From NCBI RefSeq assembly GCF_009914755.1, contig NC_060927.1: a stretch of 64,000 bases of DNA, one strand, 5' to 3'. The notes below the pieces were generated by a model. That model made no database searches. It had not been told where the DNA came from and saw only the letters and a program-made list of their open reading frames with translations. Made by a program: the position numbers and the translations under genes. Origin of the DNA: the human T2T-CHM13v2.0 reference genome, Homo sapiens. Below are positions 14,020-30,258 of the stretch, in pieces (within the stretch, counting starts at the first letter, position 1; the number at the start of each line of letters is the position of its first letter).

Positions 14020-14640
14020 TTTACATATGAGACTGGCAAAAGAGAAACATCTAACAGTACCTTTTGTTGGTGACTATGTGAGGAAAATGGTACTCACACA
14101 CTCTCAGTAGGGATAGAAATTGCAATAGATACTGTGGAGAGCAAGTAAAATTGAGAAAGTGCAATCTCCATGGCCCAGCAATTCCATTTTCTGGGCATTT
14201 AACCTAGTGGGATTCACACGTGTTCTGAGGCAGACTTGCAAAGGTGTTCCTTGTGTTGTTGTTTGTAATGAAAAGAAAATACAAGGAAATTAAAGAATAA
14301 TACATATGGTATCATTTTATTTAATATATTGTATGATTAAATATAAAATTAGTAATATAAAATAATACCTTATAATGTTTGCATACAGAATACACATGCG
14401 GCATAAGCCCTAACTCAGTATTTGGAGGGAGGATGCCTGGAGTGAGATTATGTGAAAGGACTTTAGCTGTATTGGTAATATCTGTTTGGGTAAATTTTTA
14501 ATATATATTCATGGGGGGAAAAAGGCTGGAGGTACATGAAAATGTGTTAAAGCCTTCTAATTCTGGAAGAGGGAATATGAGCACATATTGGTAAATTTTT
14601 GTTGTAGTTTTATATGTAAAATATTTCAAATTAAAAAGAA
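14020..14640 (+). mobile_element. Ancient L1 (L1ME-like) 3' fragments
   Basis: tgttggtgactatgtgaggaaaatggtactcacacac..tggcccagcaattccattttctgggcatttaacctag, similar to the L1 ORF2 end/3'UTR. Confidence 0.6.
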
Positions 14641-16644
14641 TACCTCAGGTCAGAATCCTACATGGTCAGATATTGCAGGCAAAGCCATCCAGACAGGAGG
14701 TCTGTTTTTTCAGTTCTCTCTCAGATATTGTAGAAGAGACACCTTTTACCTGGTGATATTTAACCCATCCCATACAAATAATTTCTTTCTTGTAAGGAAA
14801 AAACTCTCCTATAAAATGAATTAATGAATTCTTTTGTAATGAATATTTACTAATCAGAATAAACAAAACAAACAAACAAAAAAGGCAAACAGAATATGAC
14901 TCTTTGGCTTCATTATATGTGAAGCACATAATTAATTTCTTTTCCAGCAATTCAAAGAGACTTATGTTATACTGATTCAGTTTAATTGAACTTATTACCA
15001 CAAGAAGATAATAAGAAATATATTGAAGCTATCCATCTGGCTTGCATTGAAAACCTCACATGTTTCATTCTTCATGACTGTCATAGGCCATACTAATTGC
15101 CTCATTTCAGCTGTTTTATAATCAGTATGATTTAGCTATGAATGCGATAAAATTCTTACTCCAGAGGAAGTTGATATTAAAAAGCATAGATCTCTCACCT
15201 AGCTCTGCTACCACTTCTGAACTCATCCTCAGCATTATTACAGTTATATATTTTTGAAATACATAAATAAAAATCTATCTTTTTCTCGTGCATATCTTTT
15301 TAAAGTACATCTGTCATCTTCCTTCTGTCATCCTGCCATAGAGCTATTCCTTTACTGAAGGAAAGAAATGGTTTATGTTAAGCTTTTCAGTTCATTAAAT
15401 GTTTAAATCTCAAGGTAGGTTGTTTTCAAACTATGGAGTCTTTAAAAATAATTTCCATAGCTGAAATGGAGTTTAAATGGCTAATTGTGTAATAAATAAA
15501 GAGAAAAGAAAACTTAGGCACTTTTACCTTCTGTCTCTAAACATCTGAACTTCCTGTGGCTTGAGAATGATGCTTTGTCATGTAGACTGGTTTTATGTGC
15601 ACATGATCTCTCAGAAGAAGACGAGTTTGTGGTATGTCTATGTGTATGTTTTAAATCATCTGTCTCCTTGTATGTTAGAGGTGGTCCCATGGGGGGAGCC
15701 AACAGTTGGTCCCAGGTCTGAAAGGGAAAGCTTGGTTTCTTATAAAGCTTGAATCAGAAAGGAGACGTGTCAGAATAATTCATGAGTGACTCTCCCCTTC
15801 CTGTTTTGGCATTTGTTTTCTGTGCCAGAGGCAGGAGGAGTATAACTCTCAAAGAGGCAGTCCTACCAAATCACGACTGAATTTCTTTGGCTGTCGCAGG
15901 CAATCAAATTTAAGAAAACTGCCCAAAAGACTTTAGGCCTTTAGGTTAAATACAGAATCTGACCAAGATGAAAGCAAGTTAATTAACATTTTCATCATCT
16001 CTCTCTGATTTACTGTAGAAGATCCATTTCTAAAAGGTTAAAATGGTTGTCTCTTTTATGTATCCATTTGAGGAGGTGAAAGTAGGTTCCTGGTTATGGG
16101 AGAGGAAATGTAAGCAGAACATTTAGAGTTAACAGTGGCTTTTTGCTTGGCCTTCTAGCAGGTCTATAATCAGTGTGCAAAAGTGCAAGACATAATTAAG
16201 TGAAGATTAGCAACATTGCTTTGAAGATTTCCCAAACTGGAAAACATACCAACTGTCATCTTATTAACTTTTTCCCCTTTTCTCTCTCTTCAAAAGTAGA
16301 ACTGCTTATAAATGTAAGTAAAGCTTGGATTCTACCTAGAAGAGGAGGATCCAAAGGGTCAAATCAGAACTGCCTTCTCCTCCATGTATACTTTAATAAG
16401 CCTGGCCCACATCTCTCCTGATAGAACATGTATCTGCCTCCATTGGCTTTGTCCACAGCATGGGTAGAACACCTGGTCACTGTGCAATTTGTACCAACAC
16501 TTCAACTTCTTCATGTGTAAGACAAAGGAAATTAAATTATAATGACCAGTATAGTTGATGAAGGGACACTCTGATGCAGTCCAAATATGAGGGAATAGTC
16601 AAAAGGTACAAAAGACAAAACTGTCTCCTCCCTGTAGGCCATTG

Positions 16645-16815
16645 TGAGCCGTAGACCACAAGCATCAGAATCACGTAGGAGTTTTTAAATAAATGCATAT
16701 TCCTGGACCCTACCTCTGACCTGCAGAACCAGAATCTCCAGGGATGAGACCCAGGAATTTTCATTTTCAACAAGTTCTTCAGGGAATGCCTACACTCAAC
16801 AAAGCCTGCAAACTT
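16645..16815. mobile_element. MER5A
   Basis: agcatcagaatcacgtaggag..aaatgcatattcctggaccctacc..cagaatctccagggatgagacccaggaattttcattttcaacaag. Confidence 0.8.
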
Positions 16816-17725
16816 AGGAGCTCAACCTTTAGGAGTAGATACTGATAAACAAAGACACAGAGCTGTGTTCAAAGTACAGAAGGAACACAAAGGGAGGCAA
16901 AACTAACTAAGAGGTAAAGGTGACAATTGAACAGGGAATTGAAATATGAGTAAGAGTCTACCAGATTAAAAAAAAAAGTCAAGGTAATCCCAGGAAAAAG
17001 AAATGTATCTAATGGCCCCAGTACATGAAGGCTCCTAGCATATTCAGGGAAAATACAGTGGAAAAGTGAGGGGAACACACCCATAGCTATTGCTCATATT
17101 TCAGGAACTGTGGAAAATAGGCAAATACTTTGATTCCCTTTTTAATGGAAATAAAACAGATTTCATGAACTGTAGCTAAGTGACATGACGCCAACTTCAG
17201 TAGAAATTTTGCTTCTTCTAAGAGACATTAGAATGAAAAGTAGTTATCACCAGCATATGATTTTTTAAAATTATGTTGTAATTATATTATTTGTAGAAAT
17301 ATTAGCAAAAAGATAATCTCATCATTCAGAGAGATCCACATAAATATTTTTTATATTTTCTTCTAGAATTACATCCAGGCTGTATTCAATCCATATCTAC
17401 ATCTGTATCTTAACTGTGTATGTATCTGTTCTCAGATCTGTAAATAAATATCCTTATCACAAAAAGATCATACTGTATACACTGTTTGTAACTTCTTTTT
17501 TCATTAGTATCTTTCTACCAGCATAGATTATTTTGAACAATAAATAAGGACTAGCCTGGTTTCTTTATGAATATGTTTCTATCTCCTGCTCCTCAAAATA
17601 GCATCAGCAAAACAAAACAAAAAGAACAACTCTTGTAATATCTATGTGGGGAAGATAGAAGAATCTGGGGGATGTTTAGGAGGATTGTTTCACATGTTTC
17701 ACCCTGAAAGTGTTGGTTTGGGGAT

Positions 17726-18144
17726 TGTCTTAGTCCACTTGTGCTGCTATAATAAAATACCATAGACTGGGTAACTTGTGAACAATAGCAGCTTCTTTCT
17801 CATGGCTCTCGGGGCTGGGAAGTCCAAGATCAAGGTGCTGGCAGGTTTGGGGTCTAGGGAGGGGCCAATTGTCAGTTCCTAGATGGCACCTTGAATACTG
17901 CATCTTCCAGAGGGGAGGAACACTGTGTCCAGAGGGGAGGAACATGGCTAATTTGTCCTGACATGGCAGAGAGGATGGAACAGCAAAAGAAGACAAACTC
18001 CCCACACGAAGGTCTTTTATAATGACACCTAACCTCATTCATGACTCAGTCACCTCCTAAAAGCCGTACTTCTTAATAGTGTTGCATTAAGGATTATGTT
18101 TCAACATGAATTTTGGAAGGGACACAAACATTCAAACCATAGAA
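17726..18144 (-). mobile_element. Solo MaLR LTR (MST family, MSTC/D-like)
   Basis: tgtcttagtcc..ctgggaagtccaagatcaaggtgctggcagg..aacattcaaaccatag; 5-bp TSD gggat at 17721-25 and 18145-49. Confidence 0.88.
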
Positions 18145-18419
18145 GGGATTTATGTCAATGGGGGAATGAAATCCCTAGCCATTCTCTGCCCTTTCCTCAA
18201 ACTTTTCCTATTGAAATTTCTTATCAGTTGACACATGCTGTTACTGATAACATGCTGAGTACATTCTCTGATCACATGAATCATTAGGGAATAAACTAAA
18301 TATCAGAAGTAGTATTCAAAATTAGTTTGAAAGATAATCATGTGAACCAAGTGTAACAAGATACATCTTAATAGTGATAAAATATAAAGATTTGCATTTT
18401 TCTTCAAAACTCAGGATGA

Positions 18420-18900
18420 GAGAGCCAAATTTTAGTGTCAGGTTGTGATAGGTCTTAGATGACTATAACATCATTTATGAGTCTACAATATATATACTCT
18501 TTAAAAAAAAAATTAAATCTAGAACATAATAGTGTCCAAAACAAGAGAGGGGGGAAATATAGAGATCTACTGATAAAAATACAACTGGAAGAGGATTGCT
18601 TTTAAGATAGACATTAAAATTTGAAATCACCTTAAAGAGTGACAACTGGGATGATAGGAACAGCTGTAGAAACTGAGGCTGGGTAATCCAAGGAAGAGAA
18701 GACTTATAGAGGGTGGGAGGGGAGGGGTGGTCAGTGTTTTCAAACATTTAAAGAGATATCAAACTCTATGTGACATCAGAGGGCAGTACCATAAGAGATG
18801 AGCAGGAACTGCTGGAGCAGAGGATATTACTTACGTTTGATAAAAGGAAAATTTTCAAACAATTAGGCCATTGGCCTATTATGTATGACATTCATTTCCA
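18420..18900 (+). mobile_element. L3/CR1 fragment
   Basis: ggaagagaagactta..tgttttcaaacatttaaag..cagagggcagtacc..taaaaggaaaattttcaaacaattag. Confidence 0.6.
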
Positions 18901-21595
18901 GACTAGACATCTACTCTAGGGAAATATGGCAGAAAGAATTCATGTATCAGATACAAGTGTGTGGTTTGAGTAGCCTGTAGGGTCATTTTCTATTCATCTT
19001 AGCGTTCTCAGGGTCTGCCCTAAGTAAATGTTGACTCATATATCCCACCCAACTCTGAAATGTTATCATTCTCTGATTTTATAGCTTGGAAAACTTACTT
19101 CTGCCCTAATGTGCTTCTACTCCAGAGCAAAAGCATACCCCTAGGTTGAATTCTGTCACACTGACTTTGTTTTCTTACTGTAGAGTCTTTCTTTCTTTCT
19201 TTTTTTTTTTTTTTTGCTTTCAATGTGAATTTATCCATAATCAGCAATGCAGTATGGGTTGAAAAGGTTATTCCGCTAATTTTGAGTAATATATTCTCAA
19301 GTAACCTATTCTCAAAATAGAGTCCAATAAAAGTATCCGTTTTCTATTTAATCATATGTTGGGATTTGAAGGGGTTCAATAAACAGTACCTTGTTCAGTG
19401 CCTGAGTTTTGAAACACTTGAGAAGTAAGTTGAGGCAGTTGGGCAGATGAAAATCAAATGTCAGCTTTGCTAGTGATAAAGGGGAATGTGGCTCAGGGAC
19501 ATAGCAATAATGGGCTTCCTAACACTGAACTCCAAATTAAGCAGACTTTTACCGCTACACAACCTCAAGTCTCTCTCACTACGAAAAGAAAAATAAGGAG
19601 TGGAGGATCAACGCAATAGGTGTACATCCTTCACTCTTCCAGGAGAAAGAATGGCACTGAGCCAAGAATTCCTCATTGTTTTTTCCCAGATGCATCACTG
19701 GATAAGGAGTGAGTAAGAGGAAAAAAGAGGACAGGCATGTTAGGAAACATCAGGTGTGTTTAAATGTCAGCTATAGACCAAGGGTTACAAACTGGTAGCT
19801 CTCATGGCTAATTTGACTTGAACCCACAGACTTGTATTGTTTGGCTGTCAGAGTGTTTAAACCTTTTAAATTAGAATGCCTTTAGACAGGGGGCATGTAT
19901 TCTCTAAACTGACCCCAGACCTAATTATTCCGTATTATCTTATAGCTCTAAATCACATGCTTAGGATACTGCCACATCCTCTGTAAGCATTTGACACGCA
20001 GTATTAAGTGGGTCTCATTGCTCTATGAAAAAAAGCCAGCTCTTGATTATTTCCAATTTTTAAATTATTAAGTAGATGCAAATTGACCATGATGGGGATT
20101 TGAGAAGACGACTACTAGAGAAGAGAATGTTTCAAATCTTTCTATTTATAATGCTGTACATGATTCTACACTGAATCTGCATTTCACTCCCATATCTATA
20201 CCAGAAGGTTATCAGTGGAAGAGAAATTCAGTTATCTGAATGGACATGATCTTCTCAGGAGCAGTCAGTGGTTAATTGGGACAAGAAAACACAAGTCATT
20301 ATCATTGAGAAATCTGAAGCAAATTGAGGCAGGTTGTCACCTTTCACCAGGAAACAAATTAGCCCTGTCTTTAAAAAGACTTCTTTCTCTCTCTGCTGAC
20401 TGGGGATTCCTGTCAACTGCCAATGAAATAGGGAGAGTGTAGATTAATGGTACTGTAACAGTGGCCATGAAACAACCATAAAGCCGTTTTCTAATTTTTA
20501 TGAATATTTTTAATTGATTCGACCAGTGTGTTTGAATGACAAAATTTGTGCTAAGCTTCAGCTCCAGAAAATCAGGGTGCCATCTTCCAGCTGAAATCAG
20601 TAGGTGCACCAGTCTGTTTGGGGAAAGTTCTGTGTATAAAGAAAAAGCCATAAAATACCGACAAAGTAGCTCTTCCTCTTGGCTAATTTACCTTCATGAA
20701 CTCCTTGCCAACTAGGGACGAATATAATTCAGGTTTAGCTCAAAAAAGAGAGAAACAGAGATAGAGAGAGAGAGAAATAATAAAATAGTAGGTAACATCC
20801 TGAGTTATAAGGGTTGCAAGTAGGATAAAACTTGAGATATGACCTACTTTTTCTACAATTTGTGAATATGGGAATCATTGCAGTCTAATGCAAAGAACAG
20901 TGAACTGAGGTCCTGTACATCTGGGGGCTGGTTCCCAGATTCCAGTTTTCTCACCTGTAAAATGAAGAGCCTTTAATCGAGAAAATGAAGTCCCCTTCTA
21001 ATTCTAAAGTTCTCTGATTTGATGAAGAAGAAGTTGGAATAAAGCATTAAAACATTCCAATTTCAAATTTATTTGTTAACAGTAACAACAAATTTATCCA
21101 GAGATATTCTAACTCAGGCACCCCCAAAAATGAGATGAAATTTTTCATGTGCAAGAGATTTCTATTTTATGAACATTTATTTTACATGCATCAGGTTATG
21201 GTCACTCAAGGAAAGAGAAAAATTACCATTTAAATCGTGTGGGCAGTTTTACCAACCAGCTCATCCACGAATGGTCATGCGATGAGGACCTGAAAGGACA
21301 TTGGACTCGGTTTGCCTCGATCTTCATATACCTGTCAAAATGTGATGATCTTGCCAGGCTGAATAGAACTGATGACATTGATTTTACACAGTATGGCCAC
21401 CAAACACAAGCAAGCCACTTCAAATGGCTCATAGAGAAAGGGCTAGAGAGAAAACTGGTTCATTTGAACAGCATATTGATTCCAAGGTGGTGCCTTCCTG
21501 GGAGACTTCTAAGGGCAGTTTTCAGTATATAAAATGTTTTGTTTTAGATACTGACTTTAAAACTGAGCCATGTGTAGATGTATCAGAAGGCAAGG

Positions 21596-22445
21596 AAAAC
21601 TTGTATACAAATGTCCATAGAAGCATTATTCATAATAGCCACAGTGAAATCAACCCAAATGCCCATCAGCTGATGAATGGATAAACCAAATGTGGTGTAT
21701 CCATACAATGGACTATTATTCAGTCATTAAAAGAAATGAAGTACTGATACATGCTATTGATATGTGGATGAACCTTGAAAATATGATGCTAAGTGAAAGA
21801 AGCCAGACACAAAAGGCCACATACTATATGATTCCATTTCTATGAAATTCCCAGAATAGGAAAATTTATAGAAACAGAAAGTAGATTCGTAGCTGCCAGG
21901 GGATTCAAGGAGGCAAGAATTAGGACTGACTCCTAATAAGTACAGGGCTTCTTTTGGGGATAATGGAAATATTCTGGAATTAGATAGTAGTCATGGTTGC
22001 ACCAAAAAAAAAAAAAAAAAAAAAAAAAAAACAAAAAAACCCCACTGAATTGTATACTTCTTAAATGTTTATTTATTTATTTTTGAGACAGAGTCTTGTT
22101 CTGTCACCCAGGCTGGAGTGCAGTAGCATGATCATAGCTCACTGCAGCCTTGACCTCCTGGGCACAAGCAATCCTTCCACCTCAGCCCACTAGGTAGCTG
22201 GGATTACAGGCGCACGCCAGCACGCCACCAAGCCCTACTAATTTTTCTGTATTTTTTGTAGAGACAGGGTTTCGCCATATTGCCCAGGCTAGTCTAGAAC
22301 TCCTGGGCTCAAGTGATTCTCCCGTCTCAGCCTCCCAAAGCTGTAGGATTACAGGTGTGAGCCACCATGCCCGGCCTGAAGCGTATACTTTAAAAAGGTG
22401 AATTTTATGTTATATGTATTATATCTTCAATTATAAAAGGAAAAA
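21596..22445 (+). mobile_element. L1MB-type 3' end interrupted by an Alu
   Basis: atgaatggataaac..tatccatacaatgga..atgctaagtgaaagaagccagacacaaaaggccacatac..tagatagtagtcatggttgcac; resumes after the Alu (ggtgaattttatg). Confidence 0.88.
22068..22376 (-). mobile_element. AluJ
   Basis: (TTTA)n tail; atcatagctcactgcagccttgacctcctggg; degenerate TSD ctgaattgtatactt/ctgaagcgtatactt. Confidence 0.92.
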
Positions 22446-23049
22446 ATAAGTAATGATCTATTTTGCACACTTAAAAAAAAAAAGAATGAATGAAGACAAA
22501 AAGGAAGTAATGAAGCAAATTCATCAGCTGTGATCTCCAGATGTCCTAGATGTCCTAGAGCTTGACATATTCTTAGGGGTCACCAGCTTTTCTCCTCTCA
22601 GTTACTTTGGTGTTTTTCCTGATCCAGCCTCTACTCTGATAACAGCCCTCCACTCTATTCCTAGAAAACACTGTTGGAGAATAGTCCCCCCATCAGTCTT
22701 CCACCCACTGTAGCTCTACAAAATCTGGGCACCCTTCCTCTCTATTTCTGTGACACCGTACCTGATATTTAAGGCAGAGTTACTGGACAGAGAAGGTCTC
22801 TGACAGATCCATTACAGTCCATCTGTTCCCTTTTCTTCTAATGTATTATAGAGGGAAGAATATAGGCTTTGAAGATAGACAAATCAGGTTCTAATCTCGA
22901 CATTACCACCTATAAGCTGTTGAAAGTGCGTTTGTAAAATTTATATAATAGTACCTATTTCATAGGATAGTTGGGAAGACTAAATTAGATGATGTTTTAA
23001 CCTTAATCAGCACACACCAGCACTCAAATAGTTACTCTCTTCTCTTGCT

Positions 23050-24495
<1,446 letters not shown>

Positions 24496-26134
24496 CACGC
24501 TGTGTAGATTTTTAATAATACTTTTGTTATCTAAACGTACTTTTGGTTTTGGTTATTTGAACTTCATGTCACCCTCATGGGAACATAAACTTCACGATCA
24601 GAACACTCACGTATACTCATAGTCTTTGACACGTCTGGCCCATATTAGGTGCTCTGTAACAATTTATTGAATGGATGGAAGAATGAATTAATGAAAGGAC
24701 CACATGACCAGGTCTCCTTTTGCAGTGCATTGGAATCATCCTATCTCAGAGTTGATTCATAAATTGCCCCAACTAGAAGGTCCCTTTGCGATTTTTGAAA
24801 GAGATAGTGATCATCTCTTCCAGCTCATTCTTTTTGCAAAGGATACTAGAAAGGGAAAATTTTATATTCAAGCTAAGGCCCAATAATTAGGCCTTTTACT
24901 ATACCTTATTGTCTCACAGAGGAACTTAGCAAATTCTTGTTATTCAAGTAACTACTGAGCAAATTAGTAAGTAGCAGACCAAGGAAAAACAGAGGTCGTC
25001 AATGGGGCATAGTGAAAGGGACATGGGCTTTGGTGTCTGCCAGGCCCGATTTCATATACTAACTCCAGACGTTCTTAGCAGCTCTATACCATGGAACAAT
25101 TAATCTCTAGAAGTTTCCGTTTTTCCTCCTTAAAATGGGAGGTCCAACCTGTTATAAGAATTAGAATTTTCTCTGTCAAACATCTAAGAGCTCCTGGTGT
25201 TGAGTGTGTACCTTTAACTGATAATCAATATCATTGTGTTTGTATTCCTTTTGCTACCTCCCCGCGCCATCAACTCCACTACCATTTATCCAAGAGCAAT
25301 GTCTCCAAGTGCTTAACTGTGTGTCTCACTGTGTAGTTCCCTGAAAACATACCAAATCCCAGCAGTGTTTTTGTAGCAGCACTGAAGTCTGAGAAATTAG
25401 TCACTCTCCTCCTAGAAAAAGTAAATCATTACTGTATATCTACTTCTTATATTTATGTTGTTTACTATTGTGCATGTATTATAGAACCCACAAATCAATG
25501 CTCTCAGCAGACAAAACTGTTCAAATCTGCAGCACGTCTTGTTGTGTACTAGGTATTTGACAAAACAGTATATATCTGTCCTGAATTCTGTTTTCTGAAG
25601 GATGGTGGTGTGAGCACTGGAGTCTGTGATTGATTTCTGAGTAACTTGTACTTTATCAAGGAATAGATGTGATTTCTCATGTATCTGATTAACCCTCCCT
25701 GTAAGATTACCATCATTTCTATAATGCCAGTGGATTATTCTGTGCTTGGAAAGATGTATATCAGATCATTTTAATCAATAGCCTACAAAAGGTGTCACCT
25801 GGCTCTGCCTGTGGTTATCTATAATATCTCACCCAAAGGGTGTTGTCATTTTTCAAATAACCTGTTTAACTTAAAGCACCTAGGAAATGAAGTTGCCTTT
25901 ATTTTGAAACAGTATGCAGAACAATATGTTAGGTGAATAAAATGTATGCTTGTTTTCTGCACGTTACCCTATTAAAAAGAGAGAATACCAGTGTGGTAAA
26001 ATATCCACTTATCCATCTCCATCACACAAGACTGGCTTGGTAACCCATAGATTGGTATGGGAGCAAGATAAAAGTAGGGTATGCAATAGATTCTGTGCTG
26101 GCATAGCAAAATGGGAGCAATGAGGAAGTGACAC

Positions 26135-26250
26135 TGGGCTATCATATAATCTTTTATCCCAATTAGAATAAATGGGGTGCTGCAGATAGGCTGGAACAAC
26201 AGAGATAAACCCAAGACCATCCTGGGCAAGCAAGGACACATGTCAACAAT
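26135..26250 (+). mobile_element. MER94-like hAT-Blackjack MITE
   Basis: catataatcttttatccc..ggaacaacagagataaacccaagaccatcctgggcaagcaaggacacatg. Confidence 0.6.
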
Positions 26251-27069
26251 AAAGTCATACCCTGTTTTGTAATTTAGGAAACTTTCTCATGATGTTGAGT
26301 AACTGGGACATTTGGGATTAATGATGTATCTGTGATGTACTCCTCTGTTGGATTCCCTGAGAAAAATCTTTTGAGATATAAACTAATCATTGCTTACTAT
26401 TCAGCCATGTAGAGAATGTGTGTTTCCATACTTAAGATAATGAGTCCTACTAAGAGAGAAGAGGTATTAATTCTTGGGAGGGATAATTTTATATCAAGTT
26501 TAGACAGTTTTCAGTCTGCACTAAGCTCCTTTTTTATGGCCAGTTTAGGAAAAATGCTAATGCCTCGTATCCAGACCTGTTTGGAGATAGAGCAAGTCAA
26601 GCAGAAAAACGCCATTCTCCTAAATGAGCGTTAGGCCACAGAACACGAAATCTGTCAGGCAGCATTTTACCTGGCATGGATCCGCCAAAGAAAACAAACA
26701 AATCAGAGTTGGATTTTTTAAGACTAAATAACAGCAAGCCAAAGAAAGAGCATTTACACTGAAAAAACTGTAAAGGTTGACAACATCCTCAACTCATTAA
26801 ATATGATGGGGAAGAGTAAAATATGTAGCACTTTTGCTCCTTAGTGTGGGCTTTTAAGCCTCTCCTTCAATCGTGATTTCACTACTTCGTCTCTAAGCTA
26901 TAGATTCTGCCTTTGCAAAAAGAGAATACCCACCTCCCTAAGTCGTTCCGTGTCTAAGAAAGGTAACATTATGCAGAGCATTAAACATGTAACCTGACAC
27001 AGAGACACTCTACATAATAATAGGTCATTTCCCTTCTCAAACGACCCAGATTTCTAGAGGCAACTAGCT

Positions 27070-27150
27070 ATAGCTTGATGCAAAAGTGTTGCAGTTTTTA
27101 CCATTACTTTTAATGCAATTTAAAACGCAACTACTTTTGCACCAACCTAA
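27070..27150. mobile_element. MADE1 (mariner-derived MITE)
   Basis: tagcttgatgcaaaagtgttgcagtttttaccattacttttaatgc..aaaacgcaactacttttgcaccaacctaa; ~80-bp palindrome with TA flanks. Confidence 0.92.
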
Positions 27151-27643
27151 TATAATAGGAATAGACAACAGCAGTAGCAGGCATTCGGGTTTCCCATTGT
27201 CCTCGGCATTCTAGGGCAAACCACCAAGATCTAATAAGCTGTGAGATTCCAAAAGAAGGGCGCCAAACCTTGGGCTGCACGGCTTCAAACTTCGTCATTA
27301 CAGAATCACCAGCGTCTTTCTTGGTATGATCTGCGGGCTAGAGGACAAGCCTGGTGTTATTAGCACAGTGAGCAAGTGGCAAGAGCACCACCTCCGGAGC
27401 CACAATTAGGGAAGTACCATGCCTTGCCCTGGCATGACTGGAGAGTAGGGGCCAATGTTAGACTATAAGAGTTGACTAGGATTGATTGCCATAAACAGTG
27501 GGCCATGGTTACTTTCCTCGGAGCATTGCAGAGAGCCTCTTTCTCTGGGAGGCCAGCCTACAGGAGATCAGTCTTAGACAAGTTAACCTTTACCTTTCAA
27601 TTATCATGGCTTAAATTTTCAGGAACTCTCTTCTAGTATCTGA

Positions 27644-28052
<409 letters not shown>

Positions 28053-30196
28053 AGCATTTCTTTTTGCTTGCCTTGAAATTGATCTTTTGTGTTAGTTGTC
28101 CTCACATGTCTATTGACTCACAGTTGTTGGCCCATATTTAAGAGTGTGGCACGAAAAAGCCTATGTGAAGCCGTGAACATGTAGATGAAGTTCATTGACT
28201 AAGAACTGGGCCATTTCCTTGTGGAACTCCCCATACCCACATTAATATTTCGGTGTTTCCTTTTCGGCTGATCGCTACCTAGAGAAAGAATATCTAGTAC
28301 CTAGTCTCATTTGGAAGAACACAGAACTCAACAGCAGTGTCCTGGGAGCCTCCTTGGGGAAGGAGACTGAGAATCTCAGCTTCACTGTATGAACACTCAC
28401 TAAATCCCTGCTATCCTCAGTTCAACCTGGTGTCCTCTGGCCCAGAGACCTACCTCTGTATTACCTGCTCAGAAAGTAAAATCCCAGAATACTTCTGGGA
28501 TGGGGAGGGTTAGTCACCTGGATGCATGGAATAAGGGAGAGCAAATAGGGACCTAATTGATTTTAAACAGCATCTTCCAGTGCTCTGTTACCTGACTTCA
28601 AGTAATACCCGAATTCCCAAATCTTTGGGCATTTTTCTATAGAGTAAGTCAGACTGTTTCTTGTCTTTCCCCACTGCCAGTTTAGGATTCAGGGTTTCTT
28701 ATCTGCTAATCATCCAGTTGCTTTCCAGTATTTTAACAGTAATACCTCCCAACCATTCTCTCTGTCTTTATAGGCTTATGCCATTAAAAAAAAAAAAAAA
28801 AAATCCTTGTACTACTGTTTAAAAAAGTTTTAGAAGGTTCCTAGGACTCTAAAAGGATCATTGTGACGAAGAAATGGATAATTTAAGGAAGCCAGCACAA
28901 TGCCTGACACATAATTGTAGTGATTATTTTTGTTATTTTGTTAATATTCAATCCTTGTAAAATCATCCAAGTTTATAAATTATGTACTATATAGCCAAAC
29001 AGCATGGACGAGGAGGGCGCTGTGAAATTAAGACCTACGTCGTTCACCTTCCCAGTGGTGTCAGGTCATCTCTACAACCATGAGCTTTTAGTATGGTTAG
29101 TTCCCATTCCATTTCATTTAGAATAACCTTGTAAAAGAAACAGGGATTGGGTGTGAGTGACACCTAACCACTAACATGATAAGCATTCTAAATCTATGTT
29201 CAGCATCATGTAAGTACACCCTCATTGAAATGCAGATCTCCACTACTGGTAATTCCACACACTCCTATTGAAGAAAGAATTGCTCCTCTGAAGTTTGCTA
29301 CCCCATCCTCTCACGTTTATCACTTCTGCAAAGTCATGCAGCATGCCTCAGGTGACCCTGTGAGGTAAGCAATCTTGCACTGTATGTGGGCATTTGCGCT
29401 GATCTTCCCAGAAGCAACCCTTAGTCCTTGCATAATTTCTAGCCTCAGGAGAATTATAAGATAGAAGACAAGTGGGGGAAGAAAAGGTTTAAAAAGATTC
29501 TGTGTTCTTTAAAGCCAGATACTTCTCAGCTAAGCTTTTCTCAGACCTTTCATGTCCCTCAATAAAGTATATTTTTGGCTATGCCCCATAAACTACTCCA
29601 ATAATCCATTAAGATAGCTGTAGAAATCAGCATAGCAAACTATCAGTGAGCTGGTTTAGTTATTCACCGGTTATTAATCTTCTCAGCTCAGGGTCATATT
29701 GTCCTGTCTTCAGCATTTTTCACAGTGTCTGATGATGTTCAGAGAGTTAATGGAGGTCCTGAAATGTGGATACAACAAGCATGATAATCCCTTGACTTGA
29801 TGTCATTCTAGGGATCGTTTTCAAACTTTGTGTGTTGCCCTGGCAAATGAGCAAGAAGGCACCTGTGTCACTTATCTGGATGTTTGTACACTGTTCTGGC
29901 AAATAAATGTCTATGTACAATGATAATTTCCTTATGATACTTTCACTAGCAACAACTTGTTTTGAGCATTTGTTACCAGTTTTAGTAGCTGTCATTTTTG
30001 TTTCTTCTTTAGCTTCCTTGTAAAGTCGAGGCACATTTTGTCCTGACTTAGAGTCGCGATATTTCTTTGGAGATTCATGTGAGCGTCTTCCTCTCACTAA
30101 ATTTTCCTCTCCCCGCCCCAGTCTCTGCATGTTTGGAGAAGTTATCTTCCTCTGAAGCTTCCTGCACTTAAAACAGACCCAGGCACAAGAGACTTC

Positions 30197-30258
30197 CATG
30201 ATGATGATGGTGATGATGACAGTGATGATGAGGATGAGGATGAGGATGGTAATGATAT
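30197..30258. repeat. Degenerate (GAT)n/(GATGAG)n repeat
   Basis: catgatgatgatggtgatgatgacagtgatgatgaggatgaggatgaggatggtaatgat. Confidence 0.85.
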
